Shown: one piece after another, positions 47,999-58,498 of the stretch
How positions within the stretch are numbered: position 1 is the stretch's first letter
Layout: every line of letters starts with the position of its first letter
Assembly: GCA_950097015.1 (NCBI GenBank)
Contig: CATNEN010000025.1
Location: 2,666,001 to 2,730,000, forward strand
Origin: Macrostomum hystrix
Taxonomy: Eukaryota > Animalia > Platyhelminthes
DNA: 64,000 nucleotides
Direction of reading: 5' to 3'
Notes under the pieces: model-generated
Told to the model about the DNA's origin: nothing
What the model saw: the letters and a program-made list of their open reading frames with translations, nothing else
The model's database searches: none
Program-made: the position numbers and the translations under genes

Positions 47999-48447
47999 TA
48001 ATTGGCAGGTGATTGTGGGGATATTACTTGTTTGTACTATCTGTACTTGTCGTTCTTATTAAAATATTTTTTGCGCTGTCTTTTTTCTGTGCATTAAATC
48101 CGGCCACTGTCGCGGCCTGGCCCAAATCCGCCAGTTAGAGGGGGAGCATTCATTCTCTTCCCCTTTGGTATATCAGATCCGTGCTCCGTTCCCTCCACCA
48201 TTTTCTCGACCCCCTCTCCCTCACCCAGCCGAACCTGAACAAATCCCCGCGTCCCACCTAAATTCTGATCCCTCCGCACTGCACTGGGCAGAGGAAGGGG
48301 AAATCAGTCGGGGAGGAAGGGAGATGCGATGGGATTTAGACTTTCTCACCGCACAATGCGCTTCTAGCAAGAGAGACACACGGCGGGGATGAATTTGGGA
48401 GTTGAACGCAAATAGCGGTCGGGGGTGGGCGAGAGCTCTCCGGTACA

Positions 48448-48457
48448 GTCACGTGAC
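48448..48457. promoter_or_regulatory. Perfect CLEAR-type palindrome GTCACGTGAC in a GC-rich island
   Basis: Exact MiT/TFE consensus about 450 bp upstream of the unassigned gene's ATG. Motif match only. Confidence 0.35.
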
Positions 48458-48759
48458 GTCCTGCCTGTCCTATCTATGCGATTCCCATGCAATCTCTATA
48501 TCCTTGTACGCTTGTTTGGACCTAAAGTTTTTAGACAAACTTTTTAATTACTCGCACATGTGTTAGAAAATATCTAGGGGGATGACACGTGAGGGTGGTG
48601 TGCGTCACCGACCGTAGATCCTATATTACATTGTGCCCGCATAGATTCCACTCAATCTGTCAATCACAATTCCGACACAGCGGTACTTCCCAATACAACC
48701 ATTTTGCTTTTATGTAAGCTTAAAACTAACTGTTCAGACAAAATATAGATGGATCTGTG

Positions 48760-50248
48760 CTGACTTATTGGGTCTATGATGTCTTAGTGGGATCTATTGT
48801 GTCTTAGTGAGATCTATGGTGTCTTAGTTGAATCTGTGGTGTCTTAGTGGGATCTGTGGTGTCTTAGATCTGTGGGATCTTAGTGTCTTATAGTGGGACT
48901 ATGGGATCTATGGTGTCTTAGTGGGATCCGTGGTGTCTTAGTTGGATCTGTGGTGTCTAAGTGGGATCCGTGGTGTCTAAGTGGGATCCGTGGTGTCTTA
49001 GTGGGATCTGTGGTGTCTTAGTGGGATCCGTGGTGTCTAAGTGGGATCTATGGTGTCTTAGTGGGATCCGTGGTGTCTTAGTGGGATCCGTGGTGTCTTA
49101 GTGGGATCTATTGTGTCTTAGTGGTATCTATGGTGTCTAAGTGGGATCTGTGGTGTCTTAGTGGGATCCGTGGTGTCTAAGTGGGATCCGTGGTGTCTTA
49201 GTGGGATCCGTGGTGTCTAAGTGGGATCCGTGGTGTCTTAGTGGGATCTATTGTGTCTTAGTGGTATCTATGGTGTCTAAGTGGGATCTGTGGTGTCTTA
49301 GTGGGATCCGTGGTGTCTAAGTGGGATCTATGATGTCTTAGTGGGATCCGTGGTGTCTTAGTGGGATCTATGGTGTCTTAGTGGTATCTATGGTGTCTAA
49401 GTGGGATCTGCGGTGTCTTAGTGGGATCCGTGGTGTCTAAGTGGGATCCGTGGTGTCTTAGTGGGATCCGTGGTGTCTAAGTGGGATCCGTGGTGTCTTA
49501 GTGGGATCTATTGTGTCTTAGTTGTATCTATGGTGTCTAAGTGGGATCTGTGGTGTCTTAGTGGGATCCGTGGTGTCTAAGTGGGATCTATGGTGTCTTA
49601 GTGGGATCCGTGGTGTCTTAGTGGGATCCGTGGTGTCTTAGTGGGATCTATTGTGTCTTAGTGGTATCTATGGTGTCTAAGTGGGATCTGTGGTGTCTTA
49701 GTGGGATCCGTGGTGTCTAAGTGGGATCCGTGGTGTCTTAGTGGGATCCGTGGTGTCTAAGTGGGATCCGTGGTGTCTTAGTGGGATCTATTGTGTCTTA
49801 GTGGTATCTATGGTGTCTAAGTGGGATCTGTGGTGTCTTAGTGGGATCCGTGGTGTCTAAGTGGGATCCGTGGTGTCTTAGTGGGATCCGTGGTGTCTAA
49901 GTGGGATCCGTGGTGTCTTAGTGGGATCTATTGTGTCTTAGTGGTATCTATGGTGTCTTAGTGGGATCCGTGGTGTCTTAGTGGTATCTATGGTGTCTTA
50001 GTGGTATCTATGGTGTCTTAGTGGGATCTATGGTGTCTTAGTGGGATCTATGGTGTCTTAGTGGGATCCGTGGTGTCTAAGTGGGATCTATGGTGTCTTA
50101 GTGGAATCTGTGGGGTCTTCGTGGAATCTGTGGTGTCTAAGTGGGATCTATGGTGTCTTAGTGGAATCTGTGGGGTCTTAGTGGAATCTGTGGTGTCTTA
50201 GTGGGATCTGTGGTGTCTTAGTGGGATCTGTGGTGTCTTAGTGGGATC
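48760..50248. repeat. 20-bp minisatellite, about 74 copies, 140-bp and 540-bp higher-order units
   Basis: Unit GTGGGATCCGTGGTGTCTTA; a variant block recurs at 49101, 49241, 49501, 49641, 49781 and 49921. Confidence 0.96.
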
Positions 50249-50970
50249 GTGTTTGGATGCATCTATCAGAATATTAAAGAGTCCATTGCCTATTTCTTCT
50301 TTCTTGTATGTCAATGTCCAGCACAGGCAAAGGAATTTTATTTTAGTAAACATTCTGCAAGACAATTTTGTATTTAAAAACTTAAATGGCAGATATGCCT
50401 GATAATGTGGGTCGCCTGTACAGTATTTAGCAGATTCGTGAGCGTTGAAGGCATGCATCTCTATTTATTCAAAGATCTGCCCATTTCATTCCAGCCCAAA
50501 CAATATTTATTATCTTAAAGTTTTGACGCTTAAAGAAATCTAGCTAAAACCCAGCTGTCACTCGCTAAATGCTCCGGCTTGACATGACAGCAAAGCTATG
50601 TAATTATCTTTAGACTCGCCTTACAATCTGTCATTATTCTTATGGTCTCACAATAAAATATTTTTTTTCTGAGCCAAATCCATGACATTCTGAGCAGTTC
50701 TGCATCCGCTTTTAGCAGAAAATAAAATCAGAGTAATCAATATCAAATGCTTCTTAGCAAATCAGTTTCCTGAGACCGTGCTGCTGGGTAAGTCGCTTTT
50801 CTACAATCATTTGTTTGAAAAACGTTTAATACAATTTCCATCAATGAAGATTAAGCGTGCATCAGATGAGTATAAAATTGACTTTATAAACAATTGTCAC
50901 TAAAAATTCATTTTCGCACTCAATAGAAATTTCTGAAGGTAAAAATGTTCACGGAGGCAGGGAGAGTTCA

Positions 50971-51320
50971 AGTGGGTCAGTGGTCAAGGGAAACGCGCTT
51001 GCCTCTCGCACCAAGGTCCTTGAGCTCGATTCCGCGGCGAGGCCACATTTATTTGGGGCGCAGCCGCGGAGAGAAGGCTTGGGGGCTTGTCGTGCAATTT
51101 ACGCCCTTGAGGGCCAACCTCCAAGGCACAGTGAGAGTGTACACTGCCTGACGATGAGAAAGTCAGGGCAGATGTACACACCTGTGTGAGCGTGTGCCTG
51201 CGTTCAGTATCTGAGTGCGTGTGTGCTCAGGAGTCACTGAAAAGGGCAGAATTTCCTCCTCGCTGGCGGCGGGTGTCCACCAAACGGTGCGCCATTGTCC
51301 GCAGCCCTCCTGCAATTATT
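50971..51320 (+). mobile_element. tRNA-derived SINE family A, best-preserved copy (about 350 bp)
   Basis: A box TGGGTCAGTGG, variant B box GAGCTCGATTCC, central hairpin, and 3' end CCCTCCTGCAATTATT shared with the 32013 copy. Confidence 0.88.
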
Positions 51321-51323
51321 GTT

Positions 51324-51560
51324 AGGAAGAGGTCGGGGCTTCGAACCTCAACTCAAGGGAAACTATCTCGTTTTTGTCGCCTTTAGCAAGACACTAAATT
51401 ATCCACATCTTCAGTTCACCTAGCTGCAAAATGAGTAGCAGCATTTGCTCAGGTAGAATTTTGGTGGGTGGGGCGGTTTCCAGTCCACGGACTGAAATGC
51501 TGTACACGGCCTTTGGATGCACCGCGCACGAGCTGCGTACATCTTGCCCTACTGGGTTTG
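51324..51560 (+). mobile_element. SINE family B copy directly abutting the family A copy
   Basis: GAGGTCGGGGCTTCGAACC B-box remnant, CCTTTAGCAAGACACT, CTTCAGTTCACCTAGCTGCAAAATG and CCAGTCCACGGACTG match the reverse complement of 52846-53135. Confidence 0.7.
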
Positions 51561-51627
51561 GTGTCGATTCTAACTAATACTCGTATTTCAACCGATTGCC
51601 ACAGGTGCTGTATGTTCAATCAACTAA

Positions 51628-52036
51628 ATGACTGTCAAGACCACATCAGCACTAGCCGTCCCAGCCACTGTCGGCGGACTGGTCGCGGGCCTGCTTCTGG
51701 CCCTTCTGTTTGTGCTGCTGATGCTCCGAAAGCGAATCAGTCGCTGCCAAAGCTGCTGCGTGAAGTCCGACAGCGAAGTGGACGATGATGTCGGAGAAAA
51801 GTTCCGGATCGACAACGAAGCGAACGCCAATGTCGGCCTGTCGACAACGATAGTATTGTGCCAACCCGCGCCGCCCCCAGTCCAGACCCGGGCCCGACTG
51901 CTGCAGAGCCAGAAGCTGCTGCTGGTGCAAAAGCAACAGCAGATCATCAGGCAGCTGCAGCCAACGATTAAGTTGAATCCGAGTCTGTCGACCCACAAAA
52001 AGCTATTGGATGAGTTCGGTCTGGTTGAGAGACCAG
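51628..52036 (+). CDS. Synaptotagmin-like TM-C2-C2 protein, exon 1 (TM helix and linker)
   Basis: Model 51628-52036, 52368-52630, 53366-53767, 54304-54597 = 455 aa. Hydrophobic VGGLVAGLLLALLFVLLML followed by RKR; phase-1 donor CCAG|GTAAAG. Confidence 0.75.
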
Positions 52037-52367
52037 GTAAAGGTATTTTTATGACTGAAGACATTTAAAGTGGATGGGCTATGACGTTCACTATAATCTC
52101 TTAAAGCCTCACTAAAATTTCCAACCGTAAATTGCTTTAAACCGTTTTGCTTAATGGTTTCAAGTATTTTAAAGCCCAGCGCAGCTGCGGAATGGAGTTT
52201 AGTATCATAGACTAGCTAAATTGCGCCCCATTACTTTTCCGTTTGGAAAGATTCACGGAAGTCTAAATCATAAAAAAGAAGAAAAACAAAAAGATGAACT
52301 ATTTCAGAGGTTTTGAAATATAAAGATTATACTATCAATAAAAAAGAATCCCGCCTAAAAATTTCAG

Positions 52368-52630
52368 ACCTTGGCGACCAATCCTATGTGGGCAGAATCC
52401 TTCTGGCAGTTCGCTACCATCGTTCTGAGAAACTACTGAAAGTCCTAGTGATTCGGGCCAAGCTGAAATTCCCATTTTTAGAAAACAAGACCAGCTTAGC
52501 CGACGTAAGTCTAGTGTGCCAGCTTACTGTGCCAGGCTGCGAAGGCTTTGTTGCTATGCGATCGCACTCGGTGTTGGGAACAACTAAGCCGCGTTGGCAG
52601 TCAGAGTTTCATCTCAAAAATGTCACGAAG
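52368..52630 (+). CDS. Synaptotagmin-like protein, exon 2 (first part of C2A)
   Basis: ATTTCAG|AC restores the frame. GRILLAVRYHRSEKLLKVLVIRAK and TKPRWQSEFHL are C2-type strands; donor AAG|GTATAG. Confidence 0.75.
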
Positions 52631-52845
52631 GTATAGACGTGAATTCGTGAAATAGAACTCTTTGTTGACTCGAGTATATATATATATATAATTTTGTATA
52701 TTTGAAACAAGGCTCTCATTATCCGTTACATGACTTTGAGCACATCTCAAGATCACAATGTTTCAATTGCCCTTAATGTCATGATTCAATGAGGCTCTCG
52801 GTTTGAGTAAGTTCATTTATTGATAATTTTCATGTTTACACCTGC

Positions 52846-53135
52846 CCCGATCGGGCCAGATGTGCAGTCGACAGCACAGCCGCAGCTATTGCTGCCAGCA
52901 ATAGGTATCTAAATGGCTGCGTACGGCTGTTCAGTCCATGGACTGGGGGGACGTCACACCCGCACTCAATTACCCCAGCTGACCCCCAGGTACCCAGTTA
53001 ACAACTGAATGAACTGAAGCTATGCAGAGCTAAGTGTCTTGCTAAAGGACACAAATTGTTCTAGTGGAGTCGGGAATCGAACCCCCGACCTTCAAGTCGT
53101 CAGTTTGACGCCCTAACCAATAGGCCACAGTCCCT
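52846..53135 (-). mobile_element. tRNA-derived SINE family B (CORE-like), full-length copy in an intron
   Basis: On the minus strand: A box TGGCCTATTGG, perfect B box GGTTCGATTCC, then GTGTCCTTTAGCAAGACACTTAGC...CTTCAGTTCATTCAGTTGTTAACTGGGTACC. Confidence 0.85.
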
Positions 53136-53365
53136 TATGTGATTAAATGAGACTCTGAAAATTAGTTACACGATCTCATGTGGCTGTCGAAGTCAGTTAA
53201 ACGATTTCATGCTCTTAAGACTGTAAAGGGCAGCTATATGAATCAATCGGCTCGATAGAAGAAACAGCGGGACTGTAAGAAACACTAAGCCACATGAATA
53301 TTTTCAAGCTCGCACGTCCACTAATCCTCCTATTCGTTTCCCTTTGAATCAATCACACACGAAAG

Positions 53366-53767
53366 TCGATGCTCCAGCAGCGAGTAGCGGCCCGTCTGGC
53401 GGTGTACAACGGCTCCGACCCGATCGGAGACGTCAACCTATCCCTGGCCCGCTGCCAGATGAGCCAGCTCAAGCACGGTCTGCTGTTCTGGCGCAATCTG
53501 CTCTGGTTCTGCCGCGACTGCGACGCGGCCTTGTCGCCATGGGGTACCGTGAGAATCTCCAGCCGAATTCTGGCCGAATCAGCCCCGCGCCAGGTCTGCC
53601 TGACGCTGCACTCTTCTGAGATTTTCCGGCCACCCTCCGGGCCGGAGCAGTTGTATAGCCGGACGTTTCGAGCGCGATTATCAGTGCACAATGGGACGGA
53701 CTTGCTGGCCGAGGCAAGCACAAATAAGACCGCAACACAGTCCATTGTGAATTGGGACGCACTAGAG
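53366..53767 (+). CDS. Synaptotagmin-like protein, exon 3 (end of C2A and start of C2B)
   Basis: LQQRVAARLAVYNGSDPIGDVNLSL and WGTVRISSR...VCLTLHSSE resemble C2 strands; donor GAG|GTATGG. The acceptor could alternatively be 53378 or 53381. Confidence 0.7.
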
Positions 53768-53809
53768 GTATGGTAAATTCTGGTCTAAAAGTAACACCCA
53801 AACTTTCCA

Positions 53810-54242
53810 TGATCCTGTGACTTCCGGTCTAGAAGTCCTTGATCCTGTGACTTCCGGTCTAGAAGTCCTTGATCCTGTGACTTCCGGTCTAGAAGTCCTT
53901 GATCCTGTGACTTCCGGTCTAGAAGTCCTTGATCCTGTGACTTCCGGTCTAGAAGTCCTTGATCCTGTGACTTCCGGTCTAGAAGTCCTTGATCCTGTGA
54001 CTTCCGGTCTAGAAGTCCTTGATCCTGTGACTTCCGGTCTAGAAGTCCTTGATCCTGTGACTTCCGGTCTAGAAGTCCTTGATCCTGTGACTTCCGGTCT
54101 AGAAGTCCTTGATCCTGTGACTTCAGGTCTAGAAGTCCTTGATCCTGTGACTTCCGGTCTAGAAGTCCTTGATCCTGTGACTTCCGGTCTAGAAGTCCTT
54201 GATCCTGTGACTTCCGGTCTAGAAGTCCTGGATCCTGTGACT
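53810..54242. repeat. 30-bp minisatellite, about 14 almost identical copies (intron 3)
   Basis: Unit GATCCTGTGACTTCCGGTCTAGAAGTCCTT, with a GACTTC/GAAGTC inverted repeat. Confidence 0.97.
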
Positions 54243-54303
54243 TTTTTGTACTCGAAGAAGTCCAATGGTAACTTCTAGTACAGAAAATGAATTCGGCTTT
54301 CAG

Positions 54304-54597
54304 GTGACTTTCGGCGTTCTTGTAAACGCCGACACCTATAACAGCCTAGCCGTGGTTGTCTCCGTGCGCGAGCTGACCTCTCCCGGTCGTGGCTGGCTGC
54401 GTTTAGCCAGCAACTCTCGCCGACCAGACTGTCGGCGGTATTTAAGCTGCCTAGTCGGCCACGATCGGCCCTTAAAGTCGTCCGCGCTGGCCTTCAATTT
54501 GAATCCGCCGCCAGCGAATGTTGCCACAACGAACGAACCGCAGCAGCATCATCAACAACAGCAGCAGCAGCACGCTCATGCAGCAGTGAATGTATAA
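54304..54597 (+). CDS. Synaptotagmin-like protein, exon 4 (end of C2B)
   Basis: Phase-0 acceptor GGCTTTCAG|GTG gives WDALE-VTFGVLVNADTYNSLAVVVSVRE, matching the C2B pattern (F-x-V...V-V-V-T-V); stop TAA. Confidence 0.65.
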   Translation: MTFGVLVNADTYNSLAVVVSVRELTSPGRGWLRLASNSRRPDCRRYLSCLVGHDRPLKSSALAFNLNPPPANVATTNEPQQHHQQQQQQHAHAAVNV

Positions 54598-55246
54598 TTA
54601 AATACACGGTCGCCATTAGAGTACAATGTTAGAGTGTAAACAATGGCACACTCGCAGTCAATCTTCACTTGCACTGTATGATTTTGGGCACCTCTTACCC
54701 TTAGACAGTTAAAGTGTGCAGCAATTAGTATTGTTACACGCTCCAGATGTCTATGGCCCGAAAAAATTACTAACTCTTTTGAAAGTAACTTTATAAAATG
54801 TCTAAGATACTACTTACTTAAAAACCACAGTAGAATAGTCTATATCTGCGCCTATTCTGCTATTTTTCACTTCACTTTTCACGTCAGTATTAAAATAAAA
54901 CACGAAGTCGATTATTTGACCGACCAAACGACTAAAATCAAACTAAAAGTACATTGGCACCAGAACACAAGAGATGCGTGAATGCAAATCGAAAATAATG
55001 TAACTGTTTTCTCTTTATTTTCAAACAATGCGATTAAAACCATTTTTTACAGCGTAAGGGCCATGAAAAAGCGGTGGCAGCAGCAAATTCTTAGTTAAAT
55101 GTTAAACGTTTCAGTCCCATGACTGGTAAGTCTTCTTGATGAGTTTAATTTTAACAGTGGAGTAGAAGAGACAGAAAGGCCTGTTGCCTTGGCGGAGTCA
55201 GATTCACACAAAAGTTAAAATTTGGTTAGAAAAATTGCAAAGACCT

Positions 55247-56181
55247 AAACTCTCTACCCTAAAGACAGGCACTCTACCCAAAATCTCTACCCTAAAGACA
55301 TGCACTCTACCCAAACTCTCTACCCTGAGGACAGGCCCTCTACCCAAACTCTCTACCCTAAAGACACGCACTCTACCCAAACTCTCTACCCTGAGGACAG
55401 GCACTCTACTCAAACTCTCTACCCTGAGGACAGGCACTCTACCCAAACTCTCTACTCTAAAGACATGCACTCTACCCAAACTCTCTACCCTAAAGACATG
55501 CACTCTCCCTCAACTCGCTACCCTGAAGACAGGCACTCTACCCTGAAGACAGACAATCTACCTAAACTCGCTACCCTGAAGACAGGCACTCTACCTCAAC
55601 TCGCTACCCTGAAGACAGGCACTCTCCCTCAACTCGCTACCCTGAAGACAGGAACTCTACCCTGAGGACAGGCACTCTACCCAAACTCTCTACTCTAAAG
55701 ACATGCACTCTACCCAAACTCTACCCTAAAGACATGCACTCTACCCAAACTCTCTACCCTAAAGACATGCACTCTACCCAAACTCTACCCTAAAGACATG
55801 CACTCTCCCTCAACTCGCTACCCTGAAGACAGGCACTCTACCCTGAAGACAGACAATCTACCTAAACTCGCTACCCTGAAGACAGGCACTCTACCTCAAC
55901 TCGCTACCCTGAAGACAGGCACTCTCCCTCAACTCGCTACCCTGAAGACAGGCACTCTCCCTCAACTCGCTACCCTGAAGACAGGAACTCTACCCTGAAG
56001 ACAGGCAATCTACCTAAACTCTCTACCCTGAAGACAGGCACTCTCCCTCAACTCGCTACCCTGAAGACAGGAACTCTACCCTGAAGACAGGCAATCTACC
56101 CTAGAGACAGGCACTCTACCCTAGAGACAGGCACTCTACTCTAAAGACAGGCACTCTACCCTAGAGACAGGCACTCTACCC
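55247..56181. repeat. Composite 33/18-bp minisatellite with a 300-bp duplication
   Basis: Units built on ACTCTACCCTGAAGACAGGC; 55501-55650 recurs at 55801-55950. Confidence 0.92.
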
Positions 56182-56304
56182 AATTTCATAATCCTGAAGA
56201 AAATGCATAATAATGTAGCTAGTAGAGTAAGTAAACACTAATGACGCAACTTAATACAGCAGTAGTTGCGGGCAATGGGATAGTTGGGGTGCAGGTGGTG
56301 CAGT

Positions 56305-56844
56305 TTATTTCTTCCCCAATTGGTTGCTAGGCTTCACCTCATCGCCGCACTTGTGCAAATAGATCTTAGGCTTCTTATTAACATCGTTGCCTTCGTAGCC
56401 CCTGGCCCAATCGTAGCCGATTGCGTAGGTGAAAGCGAATCCGCTGGGATCAAAGTTGCAACAGGTGACGGGCTGGGCCAGCTGATCTGAGTTCTTCAGC
56501 TTAGTCCGAGCGTCCTTATCCCAGAAGACGTAGCGACCGTCGCCGCCAACCGTAGCCAGAGTGCCGTGCTGCGGGTGAAACACCAGGTCGTGCACGGCGT
56601 AGATCTCCTGATAATTTGAGGCCCCAGTCTGGCGGTGACATTTGAAAGTGAAATTATCGCGCGGCTGAGTCGGCTCAAAGTACTGGATGCCGACTCGGCC
56701 CTCGATGCTGCCGATGGCGAAGCCGCTGGGCCTGGCCCTGTTCAGTTTGTCCATGAACACGCGGACGCAGCGGGTTTGAAAGTTCAGCGGCGACTGCAAC
56801 TGCTTCACCTGGGTTGGCGTGCCGTCCAGATTGTACACCATCAC
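56305..56844 (-). CDS. RAE1: mRNA export factor Rae1/Gle2, exon 3
   Basis: SIEGRVGIQY, FTFKCHR, IYAV, HPQHGTLATVGGDG, FWDKDARTKLK and YAIGYDWARG are Rae1 signatures; acceptor CCCCAG|GTG; the stop TAA overlaps AATAAA. Confidence 0.97.
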   Translation of the reverse strand: MMVYNLDGTPTQVKQLQSPLNFQTRCVRVFMDKLNRARPSGFAIGSIEGRVGIQYFEPTQPRDNFTFKCHRQTGASNYQEIYAVHDLVFHPQHGTLATVGGDGRYVFWDKDARTKLKNSDQLAQPVTCCNFDPSGFAFTYAIGYDWARGYEGNDVNKKPKIYLHKCGDEVKPSNQLGKK

Positions 56845-56883
56845 CTGGGGAGTTATGGTTGTTGAGCTGGATGAGTAACGGCT

Positions 56884-57676
56884 GCTCCCAGAGACTGGCG
56901 GTTTGTTAAATTCTACCCCAGAGACTGACGGTTTGATAAATTCTACCCCAGAGACTGACGGTTTGATAAATTCTACCCCAGAGACTGACGGTTTGATAAA
57001 TTCTACCCCAGAGACTGACGGTTTGATAAATTCTACCCCAGAGACTGACGGTTTGATAAATTCTACCCCAGAGACTGACGGTTTGTTAAATTCTACCCCA
57101 GAGACTGACGGTTTGATAAATTCTACCCCAGAGACTGACGGTTTGTTAAATTCTACCCCAGAGACTGACGGTTTGATAAATTCTACCCCAGAGACTGACA
57201 GTTTGTTAAATTCTACCCCAGAGACTGACGGTTTGTTAAATTCTACCCCAGAGACTGACGGTTTGATAAATTCTACCCCAGAGACTGACGGTTTGATAAA
57301 TTCTACCCCAGAGACTGACAGTTTGTTAAATTCTACCCCAGAGACTGACGGTTTGTTAAATTCTACCCCAGAGACTGACAGTTTGTTAAATTCTACCCCA
57401 GAGACTGGCGGTTTGTTAAATTCTACCTCAGAGACTGACGGTTTGATAAATTCTACCCCAGAGACTGACGGTTTGTTAAATTCTACCCCAGAGACTGACG
57501 GTTTGTTAAATTCTACCCCAGAGACTGACGGTTTGATAAATTCTACCCCAGAGACTGACGGTTTGTTAAATTCTACCCCAGAGACTGACGGTTTGTTAAA
57601 TTCTACCCCAGAGACTGACGGTTTGCTAAATTCTACCCCAGAGACTGACGGTTTGCTAAATTCTACCCCAGAGACA
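56884..57676. repeat. 30-bp minisatellite, about 26 copies (Rae1 intron 2)
   Basis: Unit TTCTACCCCAGAGACTGACGGTTTGATAAA; fills about 93% of the 854-bp intron. Confidence 0.97.
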
Positions 57677-57698
57677 AACAGCGGACGCCCATGCGCAC

Positions 57699-57971
57699 CT
57701 GTCTATTGGCGGTGCAGACAACGGCCACCGGGAAGACAACGTCGGCGCAGTAGACCCGTTCGGGCAGAGCAAAGCTGAGCATAGGATTCGGCGAGCGAAG
57801 ATCCCAGAATTTTAACGTCTTATCCCAGCTGCCAGTAACTAGGCAGGTGTACTGCGGGCAGGTGACCAGTTTGCAGAATTTCACCGCGTTATCGTGTTGA
57901 GCAACCTGGGTGTAACTATTTGCTTGCAGGTCCCACATCCAGGCGAATTTGTCGGCGCAGGCTGTGAACAC
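57699..57971 (-). CDS. RAE1: Rae1/Gle2, exon 2
   Basis: CTGCAG|GTG acceptor and CAG|GTGCGC donor; WD40 repeats VFTACADK...[28 protein letters not shown]. Confidence 0.96.
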
Positions 57972-58059
57972 CTGCAGGATTCGAGAATATGTAGGCAAAA
58001 ACATTGTATTCCCTTGTTTATATATAGAAAGAAGATAAAAACTAACCGCATCTATTTAG

Positions 58060-58232
58060 ATGCGCTTCCAAAGGCTGCGTACAACTGTTCAGACCGCGGA
58101 CTGGGTAGGCTGCCACAACCACCTGATTTCTACCTCAGAAACTGGCACCCATTGGGTAAACTGGGTAAACTCCTGTGGTCTAAGATTCGAACCCCCGACC
58201 TCTAGATCAGAACTTCGAAGCCCAGAAGTTAG
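58060..58232 (-). mobile_element. SINE family B, internally deleted copy (Rae1 intron 1)
   Basis: GCGCTTCCAAAGGCTGCGTACAACTGTTCAGACC and GATTCGAACCCCCGACCTC match the other B copies. Confidence 0.65.
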
Positions 58233-58498
58233 TGCACCAGACAACTTAATACAAAAATATTACTAATTCTTCAGTTATACAAGAACTAACGGAAGATGAA
58301 GTAAGTCACGCCTAATAAAAGGGGAGTTTTATTAAAACCAATATATTGCTAAGAAAAGTAACGCAAGATTGAGTAGTACGTTAACTTTAGAAAAAATTAT
58401 TTAAAAAATCCATTAGTTATACTCGTATATGCCAAATGAGAGATTAGTCTGAAAGATTTGAAAAGACTAACAGTGGGATATATTTCCCATTGACTGAC

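Noticed and set aside
51136-51180. Hammerhead ribozyme in SINE A (CUGACGA ... GAAA)
   Set aside because: Only 3 nt lie between the motifs (no stem II), there is no stem III and no NUH cleavage triplet before the closing stem, so it cannot fold as a canonical hammerhead.
53762-57778. Repeat ORFs EVTGSRTSRP/VTSGLEVLDP, KLSTLKTGTLP and NSTPETDGL
   Set aside because: They lie in introns or the intergenic gap of well-supported genes and are minisatellite translations.
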